The notes: generated by a model not told the origin, from the letters alone. A DNA stretch of 64,000 bases from Cyanobacteria bacterium UBA4641 (GCA_002405805.1 DHMN01000028.1:4163-68162); one strand, 5' to 3'; positions 8,404 to 17,176 are shown, counted from the first letter of the stretch. Translations and numbers: made by a program.

Positions 8404-9684
8404 ATGAAACTAAAGGTAAATAACTCAAACAACACACTAAAAGGTACCATTGAAATCCCTGCCGACAAATCGATTTCTCATCGCGCAATTATTTTTTCTT
8501 CTCTTGCAAAAGGAAAATCTATTATAAAAAATTTTTCTGACGGACAAGACCCCCACTCAACATTGAAAGTTTTTAAAAATATAGGGATTGAAATATCTGA
8601 ACACGAAGGAATTATTACAGTTAATTCAACAGGAAAATTGTCAGCACCAACTCAAAATTTGGATTGCGGAAATTCCGGAACTACAATGAGACTGGTTTCA
8701 GGAGTACTTGCAGGGCAGAATTTCAATTCAACTTTAATCGGTGATATGAGCCTATCAAAAAGACCGATGAAACGCGTTATTGAACCTTTATCACTTATGG
8801 GAGCAAAAATCAACTCTTGCGACTTTAAAGCTCCTCTAAAAATTTCAGGAAGAGATTTGCACGCGATTTCCTACAGCTCTAGAATCGCCTCTGCGCAAGT
8901 TAAATCTTGTATTCTTCTTGCAGGATTAAACGTAGAAAACGGTGTCACTACAGTAACCGAACCTTTTGTATCTCGAAATCATACAGAAATTATGTTAAAA
9001 GCGATGGGCGCAAAAATTTCAACAAACAAAACAACCGTTTCTATCGAGAAATCAGAACTTTCGCCTATCGAAATAGAAATTCCCGGAGATATTTCATCTG
9101 CAGCATACTTTATTGTCGCGGCTTTAATTACTCCAAATTCTGATATAATCCTCAAAAACGTAGGGCTAAACGACACGCGCACAGGGATTATTGACGTTGT
9201 TAAACAAATGGGTGCAGACATTGAAATTTTAGAAGAAAGAACCATTTGCGGCGAAAAAGTCGGAGATTTGCGAGTGAGATACTCTGAAAACTTAAAAGCT
9301 TGCAATATTTCAGGTGAAATAATTCCTCGATTGATTGATGAAATCCCTGTTATTGCCGTATTAGCAACACAAGCAGAAGGGCAAACTAAGATTTCTGACG
9401 CTCAAGACTTGCGCAACAAAGAATCTGACAGGATTTCAGCACTTGTTAATGAATTAAAAAAACTTGGTGCAAAAATAGACGAAACACCTGATGGAATGAT
9501 TATAGAAGGCAAATCTTCACTTTTTGGTGATTGCGAAGTCGAAACATACCACGACCACAGACTTGCAATGAGCTTATATGTGGCAGGTTTGGTTTGTCAA
9601 AAAGAAATTTTTATAAACGGATTTGAGTGGGTGGATATTTCTTTTCCGACTTTCCTAAGTTTATTTGAAGGTTTAAAGAAATAG
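8404..9684 (+). CDS. aroA: 3-phosphoshikimate 1-carboxyvinyltransferase (EPSP synthase)
   Basis: 'LKGTIEIPADKSISHRAIIFSSLAKG', 'GNSGTTMRLVSGVLAG', 'RPMKRVIEPL', 'KESDRISA..ELKKLGA', 'DHRLAMS' are all classic AroA motifs. Confidence 0.95.
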   Translation: MKLKVNNSNNTLKGTIEIPADKSISHRAIIFSSLAKGKSIIKNFSDGQDPHSTLKVFKNIGIEISEHEGIITVNSTGKLSAPTQNLDCGNSGTTMRLVSGVLAGQNFNSTLIGDMSLSKRPMKRVIEPLSLMGAKINSCDFKAPLKISGRDLHAISYSSRIASAQVKSCILLAGLNVENGVTTVTEPFVSRNHTEIMLKAMGAKISTNKTTVSIEKSELSPIEIEIPGDISSAAYFIVAALITPNSDIILKNVGLNDTRTGIIDVVKQMGADIEILEERTICGEKVGDLRVRYSENLKACNISGEIIPRLIDEIPVIAVLATQAEGQTKISDAQDLRNKESDRISALVNELKKLGAKIDETPDGMIIEGKSSLFGDCEVETYHDHRLAMSLYVAGLVCQKEIFINGFEWVDISFPTFLSLFEGLKK

Positions 9685-9711
9685 CCACTATCTTTATGAT
9701 ACAATCGACCT

Positions 9712-10350
9712 ATGAACACATTATTTGAGTTTGACAAATCAAACAGCACGCTTATTGGAACAGACGAAGCCGGCAGAGGCCCTGCAGCAGGCGGAGTTTT
9801 TGCAGCTTGTGTATATTTTCCTGAAGTTAGCGAAAATTTAATCAAAGATTTGGCAAAACTCAATGACTCGAAAAAGCTTTCTGCAAAAGCCAGAGAATCC
9901 ATATATGATGTAATATTGAATAATTCCGTTCATTCAATTATTGATATTGAAGTAGATGAAATTGAAAAAATAAATATATTGAATGCCTCACTAAAAGGTA
10001 TGAAACTTGCGTGCGAAGAAGTTATCCAAAAAGCGCAGTTAGAAAAATTTATCACACTTGTTGACGGGAATAAATTAATAAAAAATTACACATATCCGCA
10101 AAAATTTATAATAAAAGGGGATGGGAAATCTGCATCTATTGCAGCAGCAAGCATTTTGGCAAAAGTGGCAAGAGACAGATATATGGCAAAACTTGCCGAA
10201 GAATTTCCACAATACGGTTGGAACAGAAATGCAGGATATTTGACTGCCGAACACCTAAAAGCCATTGATACCTATGGGTTATCTAAATATCACAGACCTT
10301 CATTTTTGCGAAAACATTTTGAAAAACAAAAGCAATTAACCCTATTTTAG
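9712..10350 (+). CDS. rnhB: Ribonuclease HII
   Basis: 'GTDEAGRGPAAGGVFAA', 'LNDSKKLS', 'VDGN' and 'ASIAAASILAKV.RD' are RNase HII catalytic motifs. Confidence 0.93.
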   Translation: MNTLFEFDKSNSTLIGTDEAGRGPAAGGVFAACVYFPEVSENLIKDLAKLNDSKKLSAKARESIYDVILNNSVHSIIDIEVDEIEKINILNASLKGMKLACEEVIQKAQLEKFITLVDGNKLIKNYTYPQKFIIKGDGKSASIAAASILAKVARDRYMAKLAEEFPQYGWNRNAGYLTAEHLKAIDTYGLSKYHRPSFLRKHFEKQKQLTLF

Positions 10351-10474
10351 CTTTGTAGCTTCGTTTTTGATTAGAATATTAAAATTTGTAAACAAACCTT
10401 TCAAATTCCTAAAGTTTGTCGAAACTCTTGCCGATAACATATCTGTAATCAGAAGTCTAATGGAGTAGAAAACA

Positions 10475-10630
10475 ATGATAAAGAAGATAACAACACCATC
10501 ATCAAACAGATGCGACAGTGTTGAACTAATATTAAGAGGAGCAAAGAAACGCCGCGTATTGGCGTATGGTAATGCGAATATGATTAATTCTGACGCAGGT
10601 ATCAAGGCAAACCTATCCGCTGTAAAATAG
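10475..10630 (+). CDS. Possible small ORF (51 aa), unknown function
   Basis: ATG preceded by ggag at 9-nt spacing and followed by the hairpin terminator at 10680-10705. No recognisable motif. Competes with the tracked 87-aa minus-strand ORF 10342..10605. Confidence 0.25.
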   Translation: MIKKITTPSSNRCDSVELILRGAKKRRVLAYGNANMINSDAGIKANLSAVK

Positions 10631-10679
10631 CAAGAGACAAGATTTAAAACGCTAAAGAAAAGAGAGTTAATTTATAAAA

Positions 10680-10705
10680 GCCGAAGCTAATGCTCCGGCA
10701 TTTTT
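10680..10705. terminator. Hairpin terminator, possibly bidirectional
   Basis: gccgaagc-taat-gctccggc (one mismatch), flanked by an A-run and a T-run. Lies 3' of both the Fic gene (minus) and the small plus-strand ORF. Confidence 0.5.
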
Positions 10706-10729
10706 ATTGATTTATCAAAATATTTAACA

Positions 10730-11500
10730 CTAAAATCTACTGATGATTTTTAAATATTCTTTTTGTGATTCTAAAAGCATCTCCGAAATAAAGTTTATAA
10801 AATCTGCGTTATTGCCTTTATTCGTTTTTTGTATTGTTGAAATGTAATCAGTCCTCACAACAGGCGGAATTACGACAATATTATATCCACTTTGCAATAA
10901 TGCTAAATTCATTAATAATCTTGCAACTCTGCCATTACCGTCTGGGAATGGATGAATGTTTACAAAAATTATATGCACCATTGCTGCATATTCAACAGGA
11001 TGCAATTTTTCTTTTAATTTTGGCAGTTGCAAAATGAACTCATGCATTTTTTCATCAAGTTCTTCCGGCTTTGGTAACTCTACATCCGAGCCGGTTATTA
11101 TGACTTGAGATGTTCTATATTTACCAGCCTTTTCGCTGTCTATTTTTTCATAAAATAATTTATGTAATAGCTTAATATCATCTTCTGTAAATGTTTTGTT
11201 TTTTGACAGTTCAATTATCTCATCAAAAGCTTTTGCATGTCCTACTGTTTCATAGTGGTCTTTTAGAGGTTTCCCGCCAATTGTAATACCATCTTCCAGC
11301 ACAACTTTTGTTTCTACTAGGCTAAGAGTGTTGCCTTCAAGTGCATTTGAGGCATAAGTCAAACCTATTTTGTAATACTCTTTTACTTGTGCCAATGCCT
11401 CATTTGACAAAGGCCTTAAAGCATTAATCCTTGCCTTGTATTCATCATTTTGAGCAAAACAGTTTCGATACATTTCTACCTCTTGAGTTAATTGTAGCAT
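10730..11500 (-). CDS. Fic family protein (class II, with N-terminal inhibitory motif)
   Basis: Fic core 'HPFPDGNGRVARLLMNLALLQSGY' (HxFx[DE]GNGRxxR). Upstream 'SNALEGN' matches the [ST]xxxE[GN] auto-inhibitory helix motif. Confidence 0.9.
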   Translation of the reverse strand: MLQLTQEVEMYRNCFAQNDEYKARINALRPLSNEALAQVKEYYKIGLTYASNALEGNTLSLVETKVVLEDGITIGGKPLKDHYETVGHAKAFDEIIELSKNKTFTEDDIKLLHKLFYEKIDSEKAGKYRTSQVIITGSDVELPKPEELDEKMHEFILQLPKLKEKLHPVEYAAMVHIIFVNIHPFPDGNGRVARLLMNLALLQSGYNIVVIPPVVRTDYISTIQKTNKGNNADFINFISEMLLESQKEYLKIISRF

Positions 11501-11509
11501 AAAAAGTGA

Positions 11510-12211
11510 CTATCTTAGATTTTTCAAATGTTGTAACTTTGTATATTCATCAACATTTGTAAATTTCAAAAGTGCATCATAAGTTTCATCCATTAAGTCT
11601 TTAGGTATTGAATAATTATTGGTTTCAGATAGTTTAGATATTATTTTTTCTTGTAAATTGCTATAATATGTAACAATAACATTACTCCGAGTTGTTACAT
11701 TTTTGAGTGTGCAATCATCTGAAAATGCAATTATTGAATAAATCGGAATTGTATCATCTATATATTTTCTTACCGCCCTAATATGTGTAGCATTTTGCAT
11801 TATTGGATTGTAAAACTGTTCTTTATGACTTTCACCATATCCTGTAGGTAAAGTTTGTGTCCATTTTTTATTATTTTCATTCCCAAATATCCAACCACTG
11901 TAATTTTTACTTTCTAAAACAAATAACCCTTTCTGATGAAACATAATTAAATCTATTTCAGAGGTTTTCCCACTTTCTCGTGGAACATATAAGTTAAATA
12001 AAAATTTACACCCAATTGTTTCAAAAAATTTTAAATTTTGATATAATTTGTATTCTCCATTCATTCCTTTATTAAATAATACAGACCAGTACGAATTATT
12101 CGTAATCTTGTAATAGTTACTATTTTTATATATTAACCCTTTTAAAACAAAACTAATTACAGGAATTGCCAGAAATAACAATATTAAACAAATTATAGTT
12201 ATATCATCCAT
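11510..12211 (-). CDS. NERD domain-containing protein with N-terminal TM anchor
   Basis: TM 'ITIICLILLFLAIPVISFVL'. NERD-like core 'EIDLIMFHQKGLFVLESKNYSGWIFGNENNKKW' (D..i......i.viE.Kn..G.i.g). Confidence 0.75.
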   Translation of the reverse strand: MDDITIICLILLFLAIPVISFVLKGLIYKNSNYYKITNNSYWSVLFNKGMNGEYKLYQNLKFFETIGCKFLFNLYVPRESGKTSEIDLIMFHQKGLFVLESKNYSGWIFGNENNKKWTQTLPTGYGESHKEQFYNPIMQNATHIRAVRKYIDDTIPIYSIIAFSDDCTLKNVTTRSNVIVTYYSNLQEKIISKLSETNNYSIPKDLMDETYDALLKFTNVDEYTKLQHLKNLR

Positions 12212-12314
12212 GATTAAATATTATCACGAAAATATTAGGTTATGGTGCTATCAAATATCACATACGCAACTAACTCAGCAAAGATACCAAAGCGGCTCAG
12301 CCATATAGACACAT

Positions 12315-12345
12315 AAAAAACCGCTCTGCAATCTTGCAGAAACGG
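12315..12345 (-). terminator. Terminator downstream of tRNA-Arg
   Basis: On the minus strand: ccgtttctgcaag-at-tgcagagcgg hairpin followed by tttttt. Confidence 0.5.
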
Positions 12346-12361
12346 ACTTATTTGAAAAAAT

Positions 12362-12434
12362 ACGCCCGGCGCGATTCGAACGCGCGACCCTCTGCTTAGA
12401 AGGCAGATGCTCTATCCAGCTGAGCTACGGACGC
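12362..12434 (-). tRNA. tRNA-Arg (anticodon TCT)
   Basis: Reverse complement GCGTCCGTAGCTCAGCTGGATAGAGCATCTGCCTTCTAAGCAGAGGGTCGCGCGTTCGAATCGCGCCGGGCGTA. Anticodon stem TCTGC/GCAGA, loop CTTCTAA. The acceptor stem has G1:U72 and U4:G69 wobble pairs. Confidence 0.88.
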
Positions 12435-12645
12435 ATAAGCTTTATTTAATTGTCAAACCCTGAAATACAAGGCTTACCTTTTTATGATATCACGAAAACT
12501 TTTTTCTGCAAGTATATTTATTTTAAAATTTTCAAATTTGCATAAAATTTTTTTTAAATTATTCAAAACAGGAAATATCATTAAAGTTTTTTATTTTTTC
12601 CTTGGTTTAATAGATTTAGAAACATTAAACAAGAGGATAGGTAGT

Positions 12646-12828
12646 ATGAATTTAACAGATAGAGAAACAGAAATATTAAAACAGATAAAACTAGGGTATT
12701 CCAACAAAGAAATTGCAGAAAATTTAGGAATCAGCAGACATACCGTAAAAGCTCACGTCGGCTCTATTTTATTTAAACTTGGAGTAAAAAACAGACTGCT
12801 TGCCGCAATGTATCAAGAACAACTATAA
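12646..12828 (+). CDS. Small LuxR/GerE-type HTH protein (60 aa)
   Basis: 'LTDRETEILKQIKLGYSNKEIAENLGISRHTVKAHVGSILFKLGVKNR' is a complete GerE HTH. I prefer the internal ATG at 12646 (SD aagagga 8-9 nt upstream) over the tracked start at 12484, whose N-terminal extension is low-complexity. Confidence 0.75.
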   Translation: MNLTDRETEILKQIKLGYSNKEIAENLGISRHTVKAHVGSILFKLGVKNRLLAAMYQEQL

Positions 12829-13008
12829 TTTCGCAACTTCTTTGACCATGTTTTTAACAAATGCCAATTTTTGCGGATTTGATTTGATGATAGAAATATA
12901 TTTTTCTATCTCAACGAGCATGTCTGATTGAGTGTTATACTCTTCAAACATAAAAAGTTCGTATGTATTCACACCTAAAACGCTTGAAATTCTTTCTATT
13001 GTGATATA
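12823..13008 (-). pseudogene. 5'-truncated XRE-family HTH gene fragment
   Basis: The minus strand reads 'NYITIERISSVLGVNTYELFMFEEYNTQSDMLVEIEKYISIIKSNPQKLAFVKNMVKEVAKL*'. This is the third helix plus C-terminus of an XRE regulator. It is preceded by two stops and has no start, and it abuts the permease gene start. Confidence 0.4.
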
Positions 13009-13016
13009 ATTCTACT

Positions 13017-13841
13017 ATGAAAAATTGGCGCAAAATTCTTGGTTATGTTTGTTTGATTTTCATTGCAATAACAATGTTATATCCGTTTTTTGCAATGTTG
13101 AATTTGTCACTTGTTCCAAACAACGAAATATTTAACCAAGGTGGGAAACTCATATATTCGCCAATTTCGCTAAAAAATTATGTCAGCGTTTTTGAAAAAA
13201 TACCACTTTGGACATATTTTGCAAACAGTTTATTCGTTGCAGTTGTAACAACTCTTGGGCAAGTTATTTTTTCTGCAATGGCAGGCTACGCATTTGCTCG
13301 ATTAAACTTCAAATTCCGTGACGGATTGTTTTTAATCGTTTTGATAACAATGCTTGTTCCGCCACAAGTAAACATCATCCCACTATTTTTCATGATGCGC
13401 CAATTCCACTGGATAAACACATACCAAGCACTAATCCTTCCGGGGTTATTTGGCGGATTTGGAATCTTTTTAATGAGGCAATATTTTTTAGGATTGCCAA
13501 AAGATTTGGAAGAATCTGCAAAAATAGATGGTTGCAACATTTTGACCACATTTTTCAAAATTGCACTCCCCCTTGCAATGCCTGCAATTGCAACACTTGC
13601 GATTTTTACATTTGTATCAACCTGGAACAGTTTTATGTGGCCACTGATTGTTACAAACACTGAATCAATGAGGACACTACCAGTCGGACTTGCGATTTTT
13701 AAAGGTAGCTTCAGAGAAATCACGCTATGGGGCGACTTATTAGCTTGTTCTGTTATTTGCACAATTCCTGTAGTTGGAGTGTTTTTGCTTGGAAAGAAAT
13801 ATTTTATAAACGACATTTTGCAAGGCGGTGTAAAAGAATAG
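13017..13841 (+). CDS. Carbohydrate ABC transporter permease (MalG/UgpE-like), solitary
   Basis: 6-TM binding-protein-dependent permease with the EAA loop 'LEESAKIDGCNILTTFFKIALPLAMPA'. No partner permease, ATPase or binding-protein gene is adjacent. No SD; a tataat box lies about 7 nt upstream of the ATG. Confidence 0.8.
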   Translation: MKNWRKILGYVCLIFIAITMLYPFFAMLNLSLVPNNEIFNQGGKLIYSPISLKNYVSVFEKIPLWTYFANSLFVAVVTTLGQVIFSAMAGYAFARLNFKFRDGLFLIVLITMLVPPQVNIIPLFFMMRQFHWINTYQALILPGLFGGFGIFLMRQYFLGLPKDLEESAKIDGCNILTTFFKIALPLAMPAIATLAIFTFVSTWNSFMWPLIVTNTESMRTLPVGLAIFKGSFREITLWGDLLACSVICTIPVVGVFLLGKKYFINDILQGGVKE

Positions 13842-13910
13842 AACATTTTTGTTTGATTGTTCACTTTTGGCTATTGTCGGATTGTTGACCTAAGTGCTTT
13901 ATTATAGCAT

Positions 13911-14145
13911 TGTCATGCTGAACTGACTAGAATATGAGTTGAGATGAAATCGAAACGTAATATTCTGTTCCTCCTCGGTGTTTCAGCATCTCAAATTGAA
14001 CAAATTAGTCTTATATATAATTTGCAAGGCTTGAGACCCTGAAACGAGTTCAGGGTGACATTATAAGCATTGATAGATTCTGAATAGCAAGAAAAATTTA
14101 TGCTCATTTTTCGCATAATATTTCTAAGCTTTCAGAATGACATAG
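13911..14145. repeat. Composite intergenic palindromic repeat cluster (GTCAnnCTGAA hairpin family)
   Basis: tgtcatgctgaac[56-nt insert]gtttcagcatctc; spacer ..aattagtcttat..; gagaccctgaaacgagttcagggtgaca; gattctgaa[tagcaagaaaa..tttctaagc]tttcagaatgacatag. Related copies at 25229, 32077, 33487, 43201, 49425 and 56023. Confidence 0.8.
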
Positions 14146-14166
14146 ACTACACAACATCTTTACCCT

Positions 14167-15159
14167 CTACCCAAACAAAATAGCCAAGCAGGTCAAGAGC
14201 ATGAACACTGTAGAAATATTTCGCGCAAAGAAAAACCTCAAATAAAACGGAGCATTAGTGGTATCTTTGACCTTGTTCCAGTTTTCAAGCGGCTTGTGCC
14301 AAAAGCGAACTTGAGGAACACTTGTTGGGTCTGTGTTGTATTTATTTAACATTGAATATAAATCAACAACGAGCGGAATTGTTAAATAATTGAGCAAAAA
14401 CAACCAATTATGCGTTCTAAAAATAAAATACCCAAGCACGACATAACTAAATCCGTAAAACACCAACAACAATTTAAGCGCTCTATCTTTTGAACCCATT
14501 TTTATACAAAGTGTCGTTTTATTTGCATTTAAGTCGCCATCATAATCCATAAGCATGTGAGCGTACAAAATCGCATTTACAAACATCACACAAACTAAAG
14601 ACAAGATAAAAACATCCAGCGAAAATTGCCTTGTCATCACATAATAAACACCCTCAAACATCAATGGTCCGTAAGCAATAATTATCTCGACTTCCCCAAG
14701 TCCGCGACAAGACAAATGCGGATAACCAAGTGCGATAACAAGCGCGATAACCGCCAGTAATAATACAACAGGACCTGAAATAAAAAACAAAACACCTCCA
14801 CAAAATGCAGCTATAGCTAAAAATATGATAATTGTATTTCGCAAATCTTTAATGGTAGCTTTGCCTGACCTTAGATATTCACACTTGCAGTCCCTGCCTG
14901 CCGTGATGAATTTATCATCCTTTTGTAAAACTTTGTAATCTATATAATCATCAATCAGATTTGTTGCAAGGTGAACAAAGCTAATTCCGACAAGTGCAAT
15001 TAAACCGTTTAATATTGCCCCACCTTGTTTTAGAGAATAGACAAAAATCACAAGCCAACTCAAAAAAGTTATCGGTGCAGAATATAACCTTGCGGCTTTT
15101 AGCCAAAAAATTGTCTTATCAATGAAATTTTTCAAAAATTTAATCATCTTATTTTTCAA
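14167..15159 (-). CDS. UbiA-family prenyltransferase (MenA-like)
   Basis: Polytopic membrane protein with 'NLIDDYIDYKV' (NxxxDxxxD) and a second Asp-rich 'DYDGD' motif. Confidence 0.7.
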   Translation of the reverse strand: MKNKMIKFLKNFIDKTIFWLKAARLYSAPITFLSWLVIFVYSLKQGGAILNGLIALVGISFVHLATNLIDDYIDYKVLQKDDKFITAGRDCKCEYLRSGKATIKDLRNTIIIFLAIAAFCGGVLFFISGPVVLLLAVIALVIALGYPHLSCRGLGEVEIIIAYGPLMFEGVYYVMTRQFSLDVFILSLVCVMFVNAILYAHMLMDYDGDLNANKTTLCIKMGSKDRALKLLLVFYGFSYVVLGYFIFRTHNWLFLLNYLTIPLVVDLYSMLNKYNTDPTSVPQVRFWHKPLENWNKVKDTTNAPFYLRFFFARNISTVFMLLTCLAILFG

Positions 15160-15373
15160 AAATATTTTTTAAAGCAATAACTGATTCGTAACTTGCGCCT
15201 GCCTCAAGAATTTCTTCCGCACTAAGCCCAAACATCGTAATCAAATCTCGAGCACTGTTGTTGTCGCGCTCATTTAGGTATTGAGCAACTTTAATAACCG
15301 CATCCCCTCTTGTCATTTTGGTGATTTGGTCATTTATTCCTTTCCTAAAAATTCTTGCCTTAGATTTTCCCAT
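15149..15373 (-). CDS. Hypothetical small protein (74 aa)
   Basis: ORF in an operon position between the ROK kinase and UbiA genes (11-nt overlap with the latter). No motif recognised. Confidence 0.4.
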   Translation of the reverse strand: MGKSKARIFRKGINDQITKMTRGDAVIKVAQYLNERDNNSARDLITMFGLSAEEILEAGASYESVIALKNIFEK

Positions 15374-15377
15374 CAGA

Positions 15378-16250
15378 CTACACCTTGCCTAACGCCAACA
15401 ACGCAGCACCAATCATGCCTGAATAGTTGCCTGCTGTAGCTTTTACAACTTTTGTCGGTGTTGTTACAATTTCTTTATTAACATTTTTTTCAACTTCATC
15501 AGTATCAACAAATTGAGCCATAGAACCTGACAAAACAAAGCAATCAGGGTCAAAGATGTTTGCAAGTCCGATAATTCCGTTTGTAATATCTTCCTGCCAA
15601 CGGTTCAGAACGGCTTTCATCTTTTCATCGCCTGCATTTACGCCATCTATTACATCATAAGTTGTTACATCTTTATTATTTAACATTTCTTCTGCAGTTT
15701 TTTTCAAGCCATGACCTGACGCGTAAGCCTCAAAGCAATCCCAAGAACCGCAAGTACAATGACGTCTTTTATCAGAATACATTTTGAAATGCATTTCACC
15801 TGCTGCACCGTTTTTCCCTTTAAACAATTTGTCATTTAGGATAATTCCGCCACCGACACCTGTTCCAAGCGTCAACATAATTGAATCAGGGCAACCTTTT
15901 GATGCTCCGATTTCATGTTCTGCCCAAGCTGCACAATTGGCATCATTTTCCACAAATACAGGCTTTTTTGATAAGGACAAAAAGTCCATTGTCGGATATT
16001 CTTTAGCTATATTTCCTGTTGAGCCTAAAATTCCTGTGTTTTGGTTATTCACAGCACCACAAGTTGAAAATGCAACGATATCAACATCATTTTCGTGTTT
16101 TTTGATTATTGATTTGAAAGTTTCTTGAATTTCATCAAAAGTGCTCGGTGTTGAATGTTTTTCGATTTCAGTTAAGAAATTTCCGTTTTCATCAATAATG
16201 GCACTGTAGATTTTTGTACCGCCAACATCTATAGCTAAAGCTTTTTTCAT
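15378..16250 (-). CDS. ROK family sugar kinase (NanK-like by context)
   Basis: 'LAIDVGGTKIYSAI', 'LGTGVGGGII' and the ROK zinc motif 'CTCGSWDCFEAYASG'. Co-directional with nanE. Confidence 0.8.
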   Translation of the reverse strand: MKKALAIDVGGTKIYSAIIDENGNFLTEIEKHSTPSTFDEIQETFKSIIKKHENDVDIVAFSTCGAVNNQNTGILGSTGNIAKEYPTMDFLSLSKKPVFVENDANCAAWAEHEIGASKGCPDSIMLTLGTGVGGGIILNDKLFKGKNGAAGEMHFKMYSDKRRHCTCGSWDCFEAYASGHGLKKTAEEMLNNKDVTTYDVIDGVNAGDEKMKAVLNRWQEDITNGIIGLANIFDPDCFVLSGSMAQFVDTDEVEKNVNKEIVTTPTKVVKATAGNYSGMIGAALLALGKV

Positions 16251-16474
16251 TATTTATTAACTCCTTTTTCAAAACTGTCTCGGATTCCATCCATTGCTTG
16301 CCTGCAAAATTTGTACATTGAGCGAACTTCGCGTACTGTATACTCTCTGCCGATTAGTTCAACTTTTCGGTCGTAATCAGGCAACTTCTTTTGTTTTTCA
16401 GCTTGTTCCATTACTGCCAGCAAATTCTTTGCTCTATCTAATGGAGACAAAAATTTTATTAATGGTATTTTCAT
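16250..16474 (-). CDS. Hypothetical small protein (74 aa)
   Basis: ORF wedged between nanE and the ROK kinase. Its stop overlaps the kinase start. No motif recognised. Confidence 0.4.
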   Translation of the reverse strand: MKIPLIKFLSPLDRAKNLLAVMEQAEKQKKLPDYDRKVELIGREYTVREVRSMYKFCRQAMDGIRDSFEKGVNK

Positions 16475-16477
16475 TAG

Positions 16478-17176
16478 TTATTTATTCCTAAACACAAATC
16501 TTTTGGTAATCAATTGAGGTCTTGTGATAGCTGAACCTATAACGACACAGTGAGCACCAAGTTCAAATGCCCTATTAACTTGCTCCGGTTCCCAAATTCT
16601 ACCTTCCAAAACTACAGGCATTTTTGTTGTTTTAACAAGCTGTTTCAATAGTTCAAAATCAGGCTCTTTAGCTGGAGAATTTGCAGATTCCAAAGTATAA
16701 CCAGCAAGTGTTGTAGATAAAATATCCGCGCCTGCCTCTTTTGCCTTGATACCTTCCTCGAGTGTGGAAATATCCGCCATTGCGACACGATTATTTATGT
16801 GAACATACTTAAATAAATCTGCAAGTTTTTCACCGTTTGGACGCGGACGTTGTGTTGCATCCGTCGCAATGATATCCGCACCTGCTTGTACAAGTTCAAT
16901 CACATCTTTTACAGTCGGCGTAATATAAACTATTTCCTTGTAATTCTTTGGAATCACATTTGGCTTAGTTAAACCTATTACCGGTAAAGTGAAAAGTTTT
17001 TTTGCGATTTTGACGTCTCTAGCACCTGCCACACGCAAAGCACCTGCCCCCCCTGTAACAACAGATTTCATCATAGCTGTCATACAACTTTCGGCATACA
17101 ACGGTTCTGATGGCATAGCCTGAACAGAAACGACAACAATTCCCTTAATTCTATCAATAACATTACTCATACCCAA
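16478..17176 (-). CDS. nanE: N-acetylmannosamine-6-phosphate 2-epimerase
   Basis: 'GADIIATDATQRPRP', 'STTLAGYT' and 'VIGSAITRP' align with E. coli NanE 'GADIIAIDGTDRPRP', 'GTTLSGYT' and 'VGSAITR' (from memory). Length 232 aa. Confidence 0.88.
   Translation of the reverse strand: MGMSNVIDRIKGIVVVSVQAMPSEPLYAESCMTAMMKSVVTGGAGALRVAGARDVKIAKKLFTLPVIGLTKPNVIPKNYKEIVYITPTVKDVIELVQAGADIIATDATQRPRPNGEKLADLFKYVHINNRVAMADISTLEEGIKAKEAGADILSTTLAGYTLESANSPAKEPDFELLKQLVKTTKMPVVLEGRIWEPEQVNRAFELGAHCVVIGSAITRPQLITKRFVFRNK

Noticed and set aside
8169-8468. 99-aa minus-strand ORF spanning the aroA promoter and start
   Set aside because: It overlaps the 5' ends of two well-supported divergent genes and has a low-complexity sequence.
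10342-10605. 87-aa minus-strand ORF downstream of rnhB
   Set aside because: It overlaps the rnhB stop, has no SD and has an incoherent sequence. The plus-strand 51-aa ORF with an SD and terminator is slightly more plausible, but neither is well supported.
10351-12361. Direct repeat of the tRNA-Arg 3' end marking the far boundary of the NERD/Fic island
   Set aside because: I scanned 10351-10730 by eye for cgcccggcgcgattcgaa-like sequence and found none, so an att-bounded island cannot be claimed. No integrase is present.
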